From Candidatus Dadabacteria bacterium CSP1-2 (GTDB lineage Bacteria > Desulfobacterota_D > UBA1144 > Nemesobacterales > CSP1-2), in the NCBI GenBank assembly GCA_001443445.1, contig LDXN01000008.1, positions 3,707-67,706 on the forward strand: 64,000 nucleotides of DNA. The letters run 5' to 3'. The number at the start of each line of letters is the position of its first letter. The first letter of the stretch is position 1. The notes below the pieces were generated by a model. That model saw nothing but the letters and a program-made list of their open reading frames with translations, was not told where the DNA came from and ran no database searches. Shown one piece after another: positions 9,938 to 19,631 of this stretch. Both the position numbers and the translations under genes were made by a program.

Positions 9938-10996
9938 TTACAAATTTAAATTTCGTAATAGCTTCCCCTTGTCTACATTTATTCCTTTTATAAGAGCAGG
10001 ATCTTCTTCAATCTTTCCTTCAGCAATTTGTAAAACGTATGGCAGTATGGCATTAGATAATGAATAAGTTGCAGTCCTTGAAACAAGAGAAGGAATATTC
10101 GTTACGCAGTAGTGGAGCACCCCATCAACGCTATATACGGGTGAATCAAGGTTCGTAGGATGACTTGTCTCCGAACACCCTCCCTGGTCAATTGCCACGT
10201 CCACAAAAACACTACCAGGTTCCATTCTCGAAATCATCTCTCCTGTAATAACCTTTGGTGCTTTTGATCCTGTTACAAGTACAGCGCCTATAACTAAGTC
10301 AGAGTCTCGAAGCTCTTTTTCTATCAATTCAGGGTAAGATGGAATTGTTTTAACCATGCCTTCAAATCTCTCATGAATAAACTCGAGCTTCTTAGGATTT
10401 TTATCTATTACCACAATCTCAGCACCGAGTCCAAGAGCCGAAAGAACAGCGTTGTATCCTACAGTCCCGACTCCGATAACAGTAACCTTCCCCGGTTTTA
10501 CCCCTGGGGCACCGCTTATTAAAACTCCCTTTCCACCACTTGGTCTCTCAAGAAAGCGAATCCCGATTTGTACTGAAAGTCTTCCTGCGATTCTGCTCAT
10601 GGGAGCAAGAAGAGGAAGTGAGCCGTCTGAAAGCTCCACAGTTTCAAAGGCTATAGCCATAACACCAGTTTTTTCAAGCGTTCTTGTAAGCTCGATATTC
10701 GCAGCAAGATGAAGATAAGAAAAAATAATGTGATCACTTCTAATGAGAGGATATTCCCCTGAAAGTGGCTCTTTTACCTTTACAATAAGTTTAGATTTAT
10801 TAAAAATATCCTCTTCGCTTTCAACTATTTCCGCTCCTGCTTTTTTGAACTCCTCATCACTTATACCGCTTCCTATTCCAGCACCCTTTTCTAACAGAAC
10901 GCGATGCCCTCTTTCAACTAATACCCTTGTTGTTTGGGGAGTAACGGCAACTCTATATTCGCGTACCTTTCTTTCTTTAGGAATTCCAATTATCAT
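9938..10996 (-). CDS. ald: Alanine dehydrogenase
   Basis: IGIPKE...EYRVA, FSYLHLA, LLAPMSRIAG and DVAIDQGGC motifs. Confidence 0.95.
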   Translation of the reverse strand: MIIGIPKERKVREYRVAVTPQTTRVLVERGHRVLLEKGAGIGSGISDEEFKKAGAEIVESEEDIFNKSKLIVKVKEPLSGEYPLIRSDHIIFSYLHLAANIELTRTLEKTGVMAIAFETVELSDGSLPLLAPMSRIAGRLSVQIGIRFLERPSGGKGVLISGAPGVKPGKVTVIGVGTVGYNAVLSALGLGAEIVVIDKNPKKLEFIHERFEGMVKTIPSYPELIEKELRDSDLVIGAVLVTGSKAPKVITGEMISRMEPGSVFVDVAIDQGGCSETSHPTNLDSPVYSVDGVLHYCVTNIPSLVSRTATYSLSNAILPYVLQIAEGKIEEDPALIKGINVDKGKLLRNLNL

Positions 10997-11072
10997 CGAG
11001 AGTTAGAATAGCATGAGTTTTAGAAGTCTCAACAATTTTGACCGGATAAAGACTGTTGATTAGAATTTATCG

Positions 11073-11294
11073 TTAGCCAAAGAGAACAAAGAGTTCACAG
11101 ATGTATGAATTTGATTAATCAGCAAACACAGTAGGAGGCGGTTCGCGAACTACAATAAATGCACGGGTATCTTGTAGGGGTACGTTGCAACGTGCCCCTA
11201 CTATCTATCTCGGTGTTTGTATCCGATTAAATTTTCAAAGGCCATAATCAAACCTCTACTCTTTCTCTACGCTCTCTGTGCACTCTGTGGCTAA
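11073..11294. repeat. Inverted pair of 9-mer (CACAGAG-type) arrays enclosing two GTAG REPs
   Basis: TTAGCCAAAGAGAACAAAGAGTTCACAGA versus CTCTCTGTGCACTCTGTGGCTAA; REPs at 11131-11153 and 11174-11201. Confidence 0.7.
11174..11201. repeat. GTAG REP palindrome, twin of the REP inside RAYT3
   Basis: GTAGGGGTACGTTGCAACGTGCCCCTAC, one mismatch to 46550-46577. Confidence 0.9.
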
Positions 11295-11316
11295 ACTGGA
11301 AATGGTATAACTAACG

Positions 11317-12327
11317 ATGGTCAAATTTGTAGATGAAGCGAAAATCTATGTGAAATCAGGTCGCGGCGGAAAGGGATGTGTGAGTTTCAGGCGCGAGAAA
11401 TTCGTCCCCCGCGGCGGTCCAAACGGAGGGGATGGTGGAAATGGAGGAAGCGTAATACTTATTGCAAGACAAAATATGTCCTCTCTTCTAGATCATCGTT
11501 ATAAGCAGCACTACAAAGCCGAAAACGGAGAGCATGGAAGAGGAAAAGACCAGCACGGGAAAAACGCACCAACGCTTTTAGTTCCTGTTCCCGTTGGAAC
11601 CGTTGTAAAAGACTTTTTTACAGGCGAGATTCTGGGAGACCTTACCGAGGACGGTGATACCCTCGTTGTCGCAAAGGGCGGGCGCGGTGGAAGAGGAAAC
11701 GCAAGATTTGCGACACCAACAAACCGTGCCCCAAGATATGCAGAGCCTGGTGAGGAAGCAGAAGAAAGAACCCTGCTTCTCGAGTTGAAACTCCTTGCTG
11801 ATGTAGGAATCATAGGTTTTCCTAACGCAGGAAAGTCAACGCTGATATCTAGAATCTCGGCAGCACGTCCCAAAATCGCTGACTATCCTTTTACCACGCT
11901 TATTCCCAATCTGGGTGTTGTAAGCTATAACGAAGGAAAAACATTCGTTGTTGCTGATATTCCAGGACTTATTAAGGGGGCACACGAAGGAACTGGTCTT
12001 GGAATAAAATTCCTAAGACACATAGAACGCACTAAGGTTCTTATCCATCTACTTGATTTGTCTCCGTTAACAGAGAGAGACCCAATAGAAGATTATCACC
12101 AGATGAATGGGGAACTTAAGGCATACAGCGCCGACCTTATTAAAAAACCACAAATTATCGCGCCAAATAAGATTGACATAACAGAAGCGAGAGAAAAACT
12201 TAAGGAAATCAAGACCTATTTCAACAAACTAGGGATTGAAGTATTTCCGATTTCCTCAGCAACTGGAGAAGGTTTACAGGTGCTAATCAAAGAAGTAGGA
12301 AAGAGATTAGAAATACTTAGAAATTAA
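11317..12327 (+). CDS. obgE: GTPase ObgE/CgtA
   Basis: [27 protein letters not shown] and DIPGLI motifs. Confidence 0.97.
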   Translation: MVKFVDEAKIYVKSGRGGKGCVSFRREKFVPRGGPNGGDGGNGGSVILIARQNMSSLLDHRYKQHYKAENGEHGRGKDQHGKNAPTLLVPVPVGTVVKDFFTGEILGDLTEDGDTLVVAKGGRGGRGNARFATPTNRAPRYAEPGEEAEERTLLLELKLLADVGIIGFPNAGKSTLISRISAARPKIADYPFTTLIPNLGVVSYNEGKTFVVADIPGLIKGAHEGTGLGIKFLRHIERTKVLIHLLDLSPLTERDPIEDYHQMNGELKAYSADLIKKPQIIAPNKIDITEAREKLKEIKTYFNKLGIEVFPISSATGEGLQVLIKEVGKRLEILRN

Positions 12328-12334
12328 CGCAGAA

Positions 12335-12973
12335 TCAACCACAGGCAACTATCTCTTTAAGTGAGCTATGTCTAAAAATTTCTTCTTCTAATACGTCTTT
12401 GGCAATTCTTTTTGGATTTTCTCTATCGAGGTGCCATTTTAATGGATTGTTTTGAATATATTCTCTGATTTTTTGTAATTCATCTTCATTACGGATTATA
12501 TGTTCATAATAATTACGTTGCCAGAATTTACGATGAAACGAGGGTAGTATATTGTGTTTTACCCCACGAATGTATTCGTTTGTGGTCATTGTTTTAAACC
12601 ATTGAATAATTTTACGTAGGGGCGAACCTATGTGTTCGCCCTGTAAATCCATGTCTTTGCCATTGTTATTTGGGCAGACACGCAGGTCTGCCCCAACATT
12701 TGTTTCAACAATTGTTATAATGCCATGAAAATGGTTGGGCATAATGATATATTCATCAATTTTTATATTTGTGAATTTGTTGGGTAATACCACCCACCAT
12801 TTTTCAATAATCTGCCCAGCAACATACAATTCCACTTTGTCATTTTTAATCTCGCCTAATAAACATTCTCTATTATGCGTGCAAATCGTTATAAAATACA
12901 CCCCCGGTTGTGAATAATCGTATTCTTTCAATCGTATTGACCTTCTATGATGAACATCAGGATTGTATTTCAT
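12335..12973 (-). mobile_element. REP-associated tyrosine transposase RAYT1 (intact) with an in-frame internal REP pair
   Basis: RRSIRLKEYDYS, YFITICT, HUH PNHFHGI, WQRNYYEHIIR and YIQNNP; REPs at 12616-12641 and 12672-12697. Confidence 0.9.
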
Positions 12974-13070
12974 ACCGACCTTGCCATTTCTAACCTAAAC
13001 TCACACACAGACCAATATATCTCGTCTTGTTCCTGTTGTGTTAGACCAAGAATATCAAACACTACTTCCC
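12970..13070 (-). pseudogene. C-terminal remnant resembling N6-methyltransferase / type IIG R-M enzymes
   Basis: EVVFDILGLTQQEQDEIYWSVCEFRLEMARSV*; its TGA overlaps the RAYT1 ATG; family assignment is from recalled similarity. Confidence 0.5.
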
Positions 13071-13098
13071 CAGCGCTCAGCGGTTGGGTGGCGCAACC

Positions 13099-13320
13099 CT
13101 ACTTTGCAGATATGCTTTGTAATGTTCGCGCCCGAAGCCCAATAATCGTAATGCCTACAACTTCTTTTTTCTTCTCGTCGTAGCGAACGATAATGCCCTC
13201 GCCGATATCCGTTCCAACTGCTGGGCGGGGCTCGCCGACAGAAATGTAAAGCACATCCGCCTCCTCATCGTATTCCCAGCTTAGCGCTGGTGTACCCTCA
13301 AGGATTTTTAACGCTTCCAT
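13099..13320 (-). CDS. DUF2283-family small protein (putative antitoxin-like)
   Basis: YDEEADVLYI...DIGEGIIVRYD...VVGITI pattern. Confidence 0.8.
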   Translation of the reverse strand: MEALKILEGTPALSWEYDEEADVLYISVGEPRPAVGTDIGEGIIVRYDEKKKEVVGITIIGLRARTLQSISAK

Positions 13321-13321
13321 A

Positions 13322-13932
13322 TCACTTCCCTACATATACCTCGTGTTTAAAAATTTCATCTTCCAATGCATCTGTGGCAATTTTCTCTGGATTTTCTCTA
13401 TCTAAATGCCATCTTTGTGGATTATTTTGAATATATTCCCTGATTTTGTTTAATTCATCTTCTTTGCGGATAACGTGTTCATAATAATTTCGTTGCCAAA
13501 ATTTACCAACTATATCAATCCTATTTTCTTTTATGTACTTTAACCAATCATGTACGCATAGTGATTTAAACATTCCAATAATTTCACCAATTGTAGGGGC
13601 GGTCTTGCACCCGCCCTATTATTTGGGGCAATTGTAGGTGCAGGCCTTGCGCCTGCCCTATTATTTGGGGCAACCGCAAGGGTTGCCCCTACAAATATTA
13701 TCCCATGAATATGATTCGGCATAATGATGAACTCGTCTAGTTGTATATTGTCAAATCTGCTTGTTATTTCATGCCATTGCCGATTGACCATCTGCTTTAG
13801 TTGTGGATATTGTTCAAAATACAATTCTTTATTATCTGTACAAATCGTTATAAAATATGCCCCTGGCTGTGAATAATCGTATTCTTTCAATCGTATTGAC
13901 CTTCTATGATGAACATCAGGATAGTATTTCAT
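13322..13932 (-). pseudogene. RAYT2, frameshifted within its internal REP cassette
   Basis: ORFs 13540-13932 and 13322-13573 join into one RAYT; tandem units 13590-13630 (41 bp) and 13631-13672 (42 bp). Confidence 0.88.
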
Positions 13933-13942
13933 ACCGATTACA

Positions 13943-15076
13943 TTAAGTGTTACGATCTGATAGATAATCTTCTAAAGATTTATAAGTTTTTACAATCTTA
14001 AGTCCTTTAATTTCTAACCTTTTCTTTACCTCTTTTCGATTACGATCAACAAGTATTATCTCGCTTTTCTGAGGTAACATTGAAAGTAAAAGAAACGCAT
14101 TAGAATCCTCTGGTCTAAAACTGTATCCTATAATAACAAGTTCTTCAGTTTCTGACATAACTTTAATTGCAGATTGCCAAATTTCGTACATTTCTTTTCT
14201 TTCAAATGGCTTAATAAAAGAGGGCAACATACATCCTGGCCCATAGCCTCCTACATAACCCGGGTTTATTTTATCTGGATGTCTATCCAGTAATCCTTCA
14301 AAATGTAATTGATTACTTTCTCTATTGTCCATTACAATTACAATATAATCTCTACCACGCAGTTTCTCGATTGATCTAAGGCTAGGTGGTTCCCAATTAA
14401 TAGAACCATGCATCTTATGAATTCTTAATATGGAACACTTATTTCTTTTTTCTAAGCATTTCTTGTCCTCATCCCGTTCAAATTCTGAAACACCCACATA
14501 CCCATCCAAAGGAGACCAAATACCAGCACTAAGCAATGCTTTTTCTAAAACCAAATCGTAGTTAAATGTGATGACTTTATCACTTGAGTTGATAATTTTT
14601 GAAAACTTTTTAGCCAAGATATTTCCTTTAAGTCTAACAAAAACTAGGTAGAAATAGGTTTGAATAATATTTCTTATCCTTTCTAGTTCTGTTTTACTTG
14701 TAAACCACCAAGGTATCGCTGAATGAGGTTGAATATTAGATCCTTTTTTCTCAAACCGAATATTTGGACCATTTAGATGCAGGTCAATTAAAGTAATGAG
14801 ATATTCTAAGTTCTCTTTTATCTCGGTGGATATTTTATCAGAATCATACTTTTCAAATCGAGAAGTTGCTTCCTTTTCTAATCTTATTATGAAGTTATTT
14901 AAATTATTAAACCAATTAGCTCTCAACTCTTTATCTTCAGGATTTAAATCTTTTCTACTTTTTTCTCGTTTGTACGCTCTTTCTATACAACACCATAGTT
15001 CTTTCATCAAAGGACCATCAGCCACGGCCTTAGAAAATCCAGCACCTAACAAAAAGGTTCTGTTTATATTTCCCAT
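13943..15076 (-). CDS. Stand-alone SIR2-like domain protein (candidate defence NADase)
   Basis: FLLGAGFS, ITFNYD, KMHGSINW and IIGYSF motifs. Confidence 0.82.
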   Translation of the reverse strand: MGNINRTFLLGAGFSKAVADGPLMKELWCCIERAYKREKSRKDLNPEDKELRANWFNNLNNFIIRLEKEATSRFEKYDSDKISTEIKENLEYLITLIDLHLNGPNIRFEKKGSNIQPHSAIPWWFTSKTELERIRNIIQTYFYLVFVRLKGNILAKKFSKIINSSDKVITFNYDLVLEKALLSAGIWSPLDGYVGVSEFERDEDKKCLEKRNKCSILRIHKMHGSINWEPPSLRSIEKLRGRDYIVIVMDNRESNQLHFEGLLDRHPDKINPGYVGGYGPGCMLPSFIKPFERKEMYEIWQSAIKVMSETEELVIIGYSFRPEDSNAFLLLSMLPQKSEIILVDRNRKEVKKRLEIKGLKIVKTYKSLEDYLSDRNT

Positions 15077-15205
15077 CTACACACCAAATTGTCCAGTTTT
15101 ATGTTAATAGGGAAGTCCTCAAGTAGCAATGGTAAATCTTTGTGTTTAGTGAAGGGAGTTAAGAAAAGGTGGCAAATACGTTATCAAACCAAACCTAAAG
15201 TTAAA

Positions 15206-16069
15206 CTACACCCTTAGTCGGGCTTTTGCGATTTGGATTTGTTTTTGCCCCATATCCCTTGATCTCAATCTTTCCCATATAAAAACGCTCGTTATAGAGA
15301 CAAAGAGAATAATCGTTCCAACAGCGTTTATCTCTGGGGTCATTCCTCTTCGGAGCATTGCCCAAATCTGCATAGGAAGCGTGTTATCCCTTCCAGTGAG
15401 GAATATCGTCACGATGATTTCATCGAAAGATAAAGTAAATGCAAGTAAAGCTGCGCCAAGAAGAGCAGTTGTTATATTCGGAAGAACTACGCTGAAAAAT
15501 GCTCTCCATCTATTTGCCCCAAGGTCCATTGCCGCAAGAACCATAGATTTATCCATCGCTTTTAGACGTGCTAAAACCTCTAAATAAACTACTGGTATAC
15601 AGAATGTGATGTGTCCTATTGCCACTGTAATCAAAGAAAGATCAAACTTTGCAAACGAGCAAAAAAGAAGAAGTGCAACACCTGTTATGACACCTGGGAA
15701 AGTTATCGGCCATGTGGAAACCCTATGAAAAACGCCTTTTAGTGGGAATATGAACTCATCCATTGCAAGAGCAAGAAGGGTTCCCACAATCAGAGAAAAA
15801 ACAGTTGCAGCAATTCCCACTTTAATGCTGTTAAAGACTGCCTGCATCAGATCGTTATTATTTAGAAACTCCTTATACCAATAAAAAGTAAATTTCTTAA
15901 ATGGAAAATAACTGAAAGGGGCTTCGTTAAATGAAAATATAACTACGATAATAATGGGAGAATAAAGAACTAGGAAGAAGATAAACACATAGAGCCTGAG
16001 TATAAAATCTCCAGCACTAAATGATTTTGCTAGTTCGTGTGTTTTTTTAATCCTTAATTCTTCCTGCAT
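15206..16069 (-). CDS. potC: Polyamine ABC transporter permease (PotC-like)
   Basis: LYSPIIIVVIFSFN, AAMDLGA and FTLSFDE. Confidence 0.85.
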   Translation of the reverse strand: MQEELRIKKTHELAKSFSAGDFILRLYVFIFFLVLYSPIIIVVIFSFNEAPFSYFPFKKFTFYWYKEFLNNNDLMQAVFNSIKVGIAATVFSLIVGTLLALAMDEFIFPLKGVFHRVSTWPITFPGVITGVALLLFCSFAKFDLSLITVAIGHITFCIPVVYLEVLARLKAMDKSMVLAAMDLGANRWRAFFSVVLPNITTALLGAALLAFTLSFDEIIVTIFLTGRDNTLPMQIWAMLRRGMTPEINAVGTIILFVSITSVFIWERLRSRDMGQKQIQIAKARLRV

Positions 16070-16101
16070 GATATTTATCTATGCCAAAATGTAATTTCAA
16101 T

Positions 16102-16206
16102 GTAGGAGCGCCATCCCTTCGACCGTTCGATCCTTCGATAAACTCAGGGCTCACGGCTCAGGAGACATGCTTGGCGCGACAGGTCGCGGCTAGAAGCCGC
16201 TCCTAC
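16102..16206. repeat. GTAG REP pair containing three nested TTCGA/CTCA mini-elements
   Basis: Parsed base by base; see findings. Confidence 0.85.
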
Positions 16207-16208
16207 CT

Positions 16209-17063
16209 TTATATCTCCATACCGCTATAACGTGCGGCAATCTTCTCGCTTATATAAAGTATGAAGGCCACGAGAAGTATCAGGACAAGACCATTTGCCG
16301 CTCCAAGTGTCCATTGAAACGCGCTTCCAAAAAGACTCCAAACGATATTTCCAATCATGATTCCCTCAGGACCTCCGACCAATAGGGCCGCGACAAAGTC
16401 ACCTACACTTAGAGCAAACACCGAGGTAATTCCTGCTATAACACCTGGAAGGGTCAGAGGAAATATAACGCGCCAGAAGGTTGTAAACCTTCCCGCTCCG
16501 AGATCATATGAAGCCTGAAGAAATTCGTCGGGGATTTTTTCAAGCATTGCATACACTGGGATGATTAAAAAGGCTATAAAAGCCATAGTAAGCACTAAAA
16601 TTAGGGCAAACTTGCTGTAAAGGAGAATACTAAGAGGTTCATCAATTACCCCGATAAAGAGTAAAAATTGGTTTATTACCCCGTTTGTCCCTAGAACTAT
16701 CTTCCATGCATATGCCCTTACAAGGTAACTAATCCAGAGTTGCATGATTATAAGAAGCAAAAGCAAATTTTTATATTTTTTAAGTCTATATGCAATGAAA
16801 AAGGCAACCGGATAACCTAGTATAAGTGCGAGTATTGAGACAGTAACCCCGATACCAACTGTTTTAAGGATAGTTCCATAGTAAAGAGGAGTTGTAAAAA
16901 TCTTTACGAAGTTCTTGAGTGTAAATTCCTTGATAATCGTTAGGTATTCTGTATCCCAGAACGAGTAGATAAGAAGCGAGCTGTATGCGAAGATCTCAAG
17001 AATAGTAATCCATAATATTGGAACTATAATTAGGACGATAAACTCGAGCCTTCTTCCCTTCAT
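16209..17063 (-). CDS. potB: Polyamine ABC transporter permease (PotB-like)
   Basis: LWISYLVRAYAW, ASYDLGA and PLTLPGV. Confidence 0.85.
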   Translation of the reverse strand: MKGRRLEFIVLIIVPILWITILEIFAYSSLLIYSFWDTEYLTIIKEFTLKNFVKIFTTPLYYGTILKTVGIGVTVSILALILGYPVAFFIAYRLKKYKNLLLLLIIMQLWISYLVRAYAWKIVLGTNGVINQFLLFIGVIDEPLSILLYSKFALILVLTMAFIAFLIIPVYAMLEKIPDEFLQASYDLGAGRFTTFWRVIFPLTLPGVIAGITSVFALSVGDFVAALLVGGPEGIMIGNIVWSLFGSAFQWTLGAANGLVLILLVAFILYISEKIAARYSGMEI

Positions 17064-17085
17064 GCCATTTAACTATAAAAATATT

Positions 17086-17167
17086 GTAGGGGCAACCCAT
17101 GCCTGTGGCGAGCCCAGTCGAGCCACGGTTGCCCAAAAGATAGGGCGGGTGCAAGACCCGCCCCTGC
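17086..17167. repeat. GTAG REP pair matching the RAYT4 internal cassette, with a 24-nt insert
   Basis: Removing 17102-17125 leaves GTAGGGGCAACCCATGCGGTTGCCC-AAAAGATA-GGGCGGGTGCAAGACCCGCCCCTGC, nearly identical to 62090-62147. Confidence 0.9.
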
Positions 17168-17220
17168 GGTTAACAACGCAATGACACTAAACCTTAAATA
17201 AAAAGAGACTTAGACCTAAT

Positions 17221-18312
17221 CTACTTTGCAGTCTTGAATGCCTGACGGACCTCGTTGTATTCGCCTTCATTTTGTATCGGCTGCCACCACTTGATCTTCT
17301 TTGAGGCCTCAACTATGTAGTTCGGGTCGTCAATATGTGTGAATGCCTTCTCGTCAGGTGTCATAAGTGGAGCAGCTTTTGGGTTAACTATGAAGTAGTT
17401 AGTTACCTTGAAGACTGCATACTGTCCCTCTGGGCTGATGGCAAAATTAATCCACTTCTCTGCCATGTCCTTATTCTTAGTTCCTTTTACAACCATCCAC
17501 TGGTCTATCCATCCCGAAGTACCTGGATCAGGGATGCACTCTGCCACAGGGATACCCTGCTTTTTAAGATCAAGGGTTATTATTGGCCAAGAGATTGAAG
17601 CTACAACCTCCTTGTTTGCAATAAGATTTGTAAGCTCACCGGCTGTTGACCAAAATGCCCTTATCTGCGGCCTCCACTGAATAAGAAGCTTCTTTGCCTC
17701 TTCAAGCTTCGCTTTATCCATGGTATAAGGGTCAGTACCAAGGAGGATCCCTGCCTGGAATACGGCTGTATTATCCTCACCAGGAACTGAGAGCTTCCCT
17801 TTATATTTCGGATCCTTGAAGATATCCCATGGGGGACAACTCGTAAAAACATCTGTGCGATAGGTTACTGGGTCTGGCCCCCAGGTGTAGTTTACGCCAT
17901 AGACCTGCCCATCCTTCTTGTTGTAATCCAGCTTTCTAAAGAACTCGAAGATATCATTGTAGTTGGGAACGTTTTTGAGGTCTATAGGCTGAACTAGGTC
18001 AGAGTCAATCATACGCTTTGGCAAGTTGCTTGAAAGTGCGACAAGGTCGTAGGAAGCGGCCCCACCTGCCTTTACCTTGGCGAAAAACTCATCCATGCCC
18101 CCAACGTATGTTCCCTTTACCTCAGCACCGTACTTTTCTAAAAACACCTTTGTGAAGGACTCATCTGTATAGCCCTCCCACACAAGGGCACTTAGCGTGA
18201 CTTTGGCAGCCTTTGAGGTCCCCGTCACAAAAAGTCCCACCAATAGCAAGGCTCCAATGAATAAAGCAGCGCCTGCTACTATCTGCTTCCTAAAATTTCC
18301 CTTCTTCTTCAT
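17221..18312 (-). CDS. potD: Polyamine ABC transporter substrate-binding protein (PotD/PotF-like)
   Basis: Signal peptide, WEGY, YTWG, GWIDQW and AEKWINF. Confidence 0.85.
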   Translation of the reverse strand: MKKKGNFRKQIVAGAALFIGALLLVGLFVTGTSKAAKVTLSALVWEGYTDESFTKVFLEKYGAEVKGTYVGGMDEFFAKVKAGGAASYDLVALSSNLPKRMIDSDLVQPIDLKNVPNYNDIFEFFRKLDYNKKDGQVYGVNYTWGPDPVTYRTDVFTSCPPWDIFKDPKYKGKLSVPGEDNTAVFQAGILLGTDPYTMDKAKLEEAKKLLIQWRPQIRAFWSTAGELTNLIANKEVVASISWPIITLDLKKQGIPVAECIPDPGTSGWIDQWMVVKGTKNKDMAEKWINFAISPEGQYAVFKVTNYFIVNPKAAPLMTPDEKAFTHIDDPNYIVEASKKIKWWQPIQNEGEYNEVRQAFKTAK

Positions 18313-18338
18313 GTTTCCTTACCTCCTTGATTAGGGAT

Positions 18339-19505
18339 TTAATTTTTTAAAACTATTGCATCCTCTATTTTCCAACAGAAATAAAGAGAATCTCCAATTG
18401 CAAGTTTTTGAAGCAGGGCATCACCCCCTCGCGCCTCAGCTTTTACCTCAAGACCGTTCCCTAAAGTAATTATGTAATCAACCAGAGAGCCTTCGTAGAT
18501 GGTTTCAACGAGTTTTCCCGGAATACAATTTAAATCGTTTGTTCCTTCAAGGTCTCTAAACAAAAATACCCTTTCAGGTCTAATGCCTACCGTTATGCTA
18601 TCGCTAACGTTTACCCTTTCCTTTGTTTTTACAAGAACCTCGCCAACGCCTTCAATCTGTACGATTGCCCTATTTCCTTCTGATCGTATTGCCTTTCCAT
18701 CAAGGAAATTCATCTCTCCTATAAATTCAGCAGCAAAACGTGTAGCAGGATTCTCGTATATTTCCATAGGCGTTCCAATCTGTACTATTTTCCCCTTGTC
18801 CAGAATAAGGATTCTGTCTGAAATGCTTAAAGCCTCCCCCTGGTCGTGGGTTACGTAGATGAAGGTTGAACCTATTCTCTCATGAAGGCTCTTGAGCTCA
18901 ATGAGAAGATGCTGTCTGATTTTTAGGTCAAGCGCGCTTAAAGGCTCATCAAGGAGAAGAACTTCAGGTTCTTTAATTAAAGCCCTTGCAAGCGCAACAC
19001 GCTGCTTCATTCCTCCAGAAAGGTGATGAGGCTCGCTCTTCTCCCACTGTTCAAGCTTCATAAGCCTAAGCATGTTCTTAACCTTTTCCTTAACAACCTC
19101 CTTTTTAACACTGTCAACCTTAAGACCATAGGAAATGTTGCCAAAAACATCCATGTGTGGAAAAAGCGCATAGTTTTGAAAAACCGTGTTCACATTTTTT
19201 CTCTTGTGCGGTGGTATACCATTTACTCGATTACCAAATATGTAAACGTCACCCTCTTCAGGCTCTTCAAACCCACCTAAGATCTTTAAGATTGTGGTTT
19301 TCCCACTACCCGATGGTCCAAGAAAGGAAAAAAGCTCACCCTTCTTTACTTCAAATGAGACGTTGTCAAGGGCAATGAAATCACCGTATCTTTTTGTGAC
19401 GTTCTCAAATACGATTGCTGGCTTCTCAACAGAGGGAAATACCTCCTTGCTTTCTCTTTGCGAATTTGCTTCTTCTTTTATAGCTAGCAATCTTTCTTGA
19501 CTCAT
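18339..19505 (-). CDS. potA: Polyamine ABC transporter ATPase (PotA-like)
   Basis: GPSGSGKT, VFQNYALFPH, LSGGMKQRVALARAL and C-terminal TOBE region. Confidence 0.88.
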   Translation of the reverse strand: MSQERLLAIKEEANSQRESKEVFPSVEKPAIVFENVTKRYGDFIALDNVSFEVKKGELFSFLGPSGSGKTTILKILGGFEEPEEGDVYIFGNRVNGIPPHKRKNVNTVFQNYALFPHMDVFGNISYGLKVDSVKKEVVKEKVKNMLRLMKLEQWEKSEPHHLSGGMKQRVALARALIKEPEVLLLDEPLSALDLKIRQHLLIELKSLHERIGSTFIYVTHDQGEALSISDRILILDKGKIVQIGTPMEIYENPATRFAAEFIGEMNFLDGKAIRSEGNRAIVQIEGVGEVLVKTKERVNVSDSITVGIRPERVFLFRDLEGTNDLNCIPGKLVETIYEGSLVDYIITLGNGLEVKAEARGGDALLQKLAIGDSLYFCWKIEDAIVLKN

Positions 19506-19585
19506 TTGAAACCTGCAACTATTTAATCACAGATTAACACGAATTTACACTAATAAAATGATGCGACATCCATGATTCACGAATT

Positions 19586-19630
19586 ATCTTATTCATCTTG
19601 CTTCCTGCATCTTGTATCTTGTATCTCATC
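19586..19630. repeat. Degenerate 7-bp repeat (ATCTTGT-like)
   Basis: ATCTTATTCATCTTGCTTCCTGCATCTTGTATCTTGTATCTCATC. Confidence 0.65.
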
Positions 19631-19631
19631 C

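Noticed and set aside
12335..13932. Diversity-generating retroelement or IS200/IS605 element with TnpB
   Set aside because: No reverse transcriptase or TnpB ORF; differences between copies are not adenine-specific; motifs are RAYT-type
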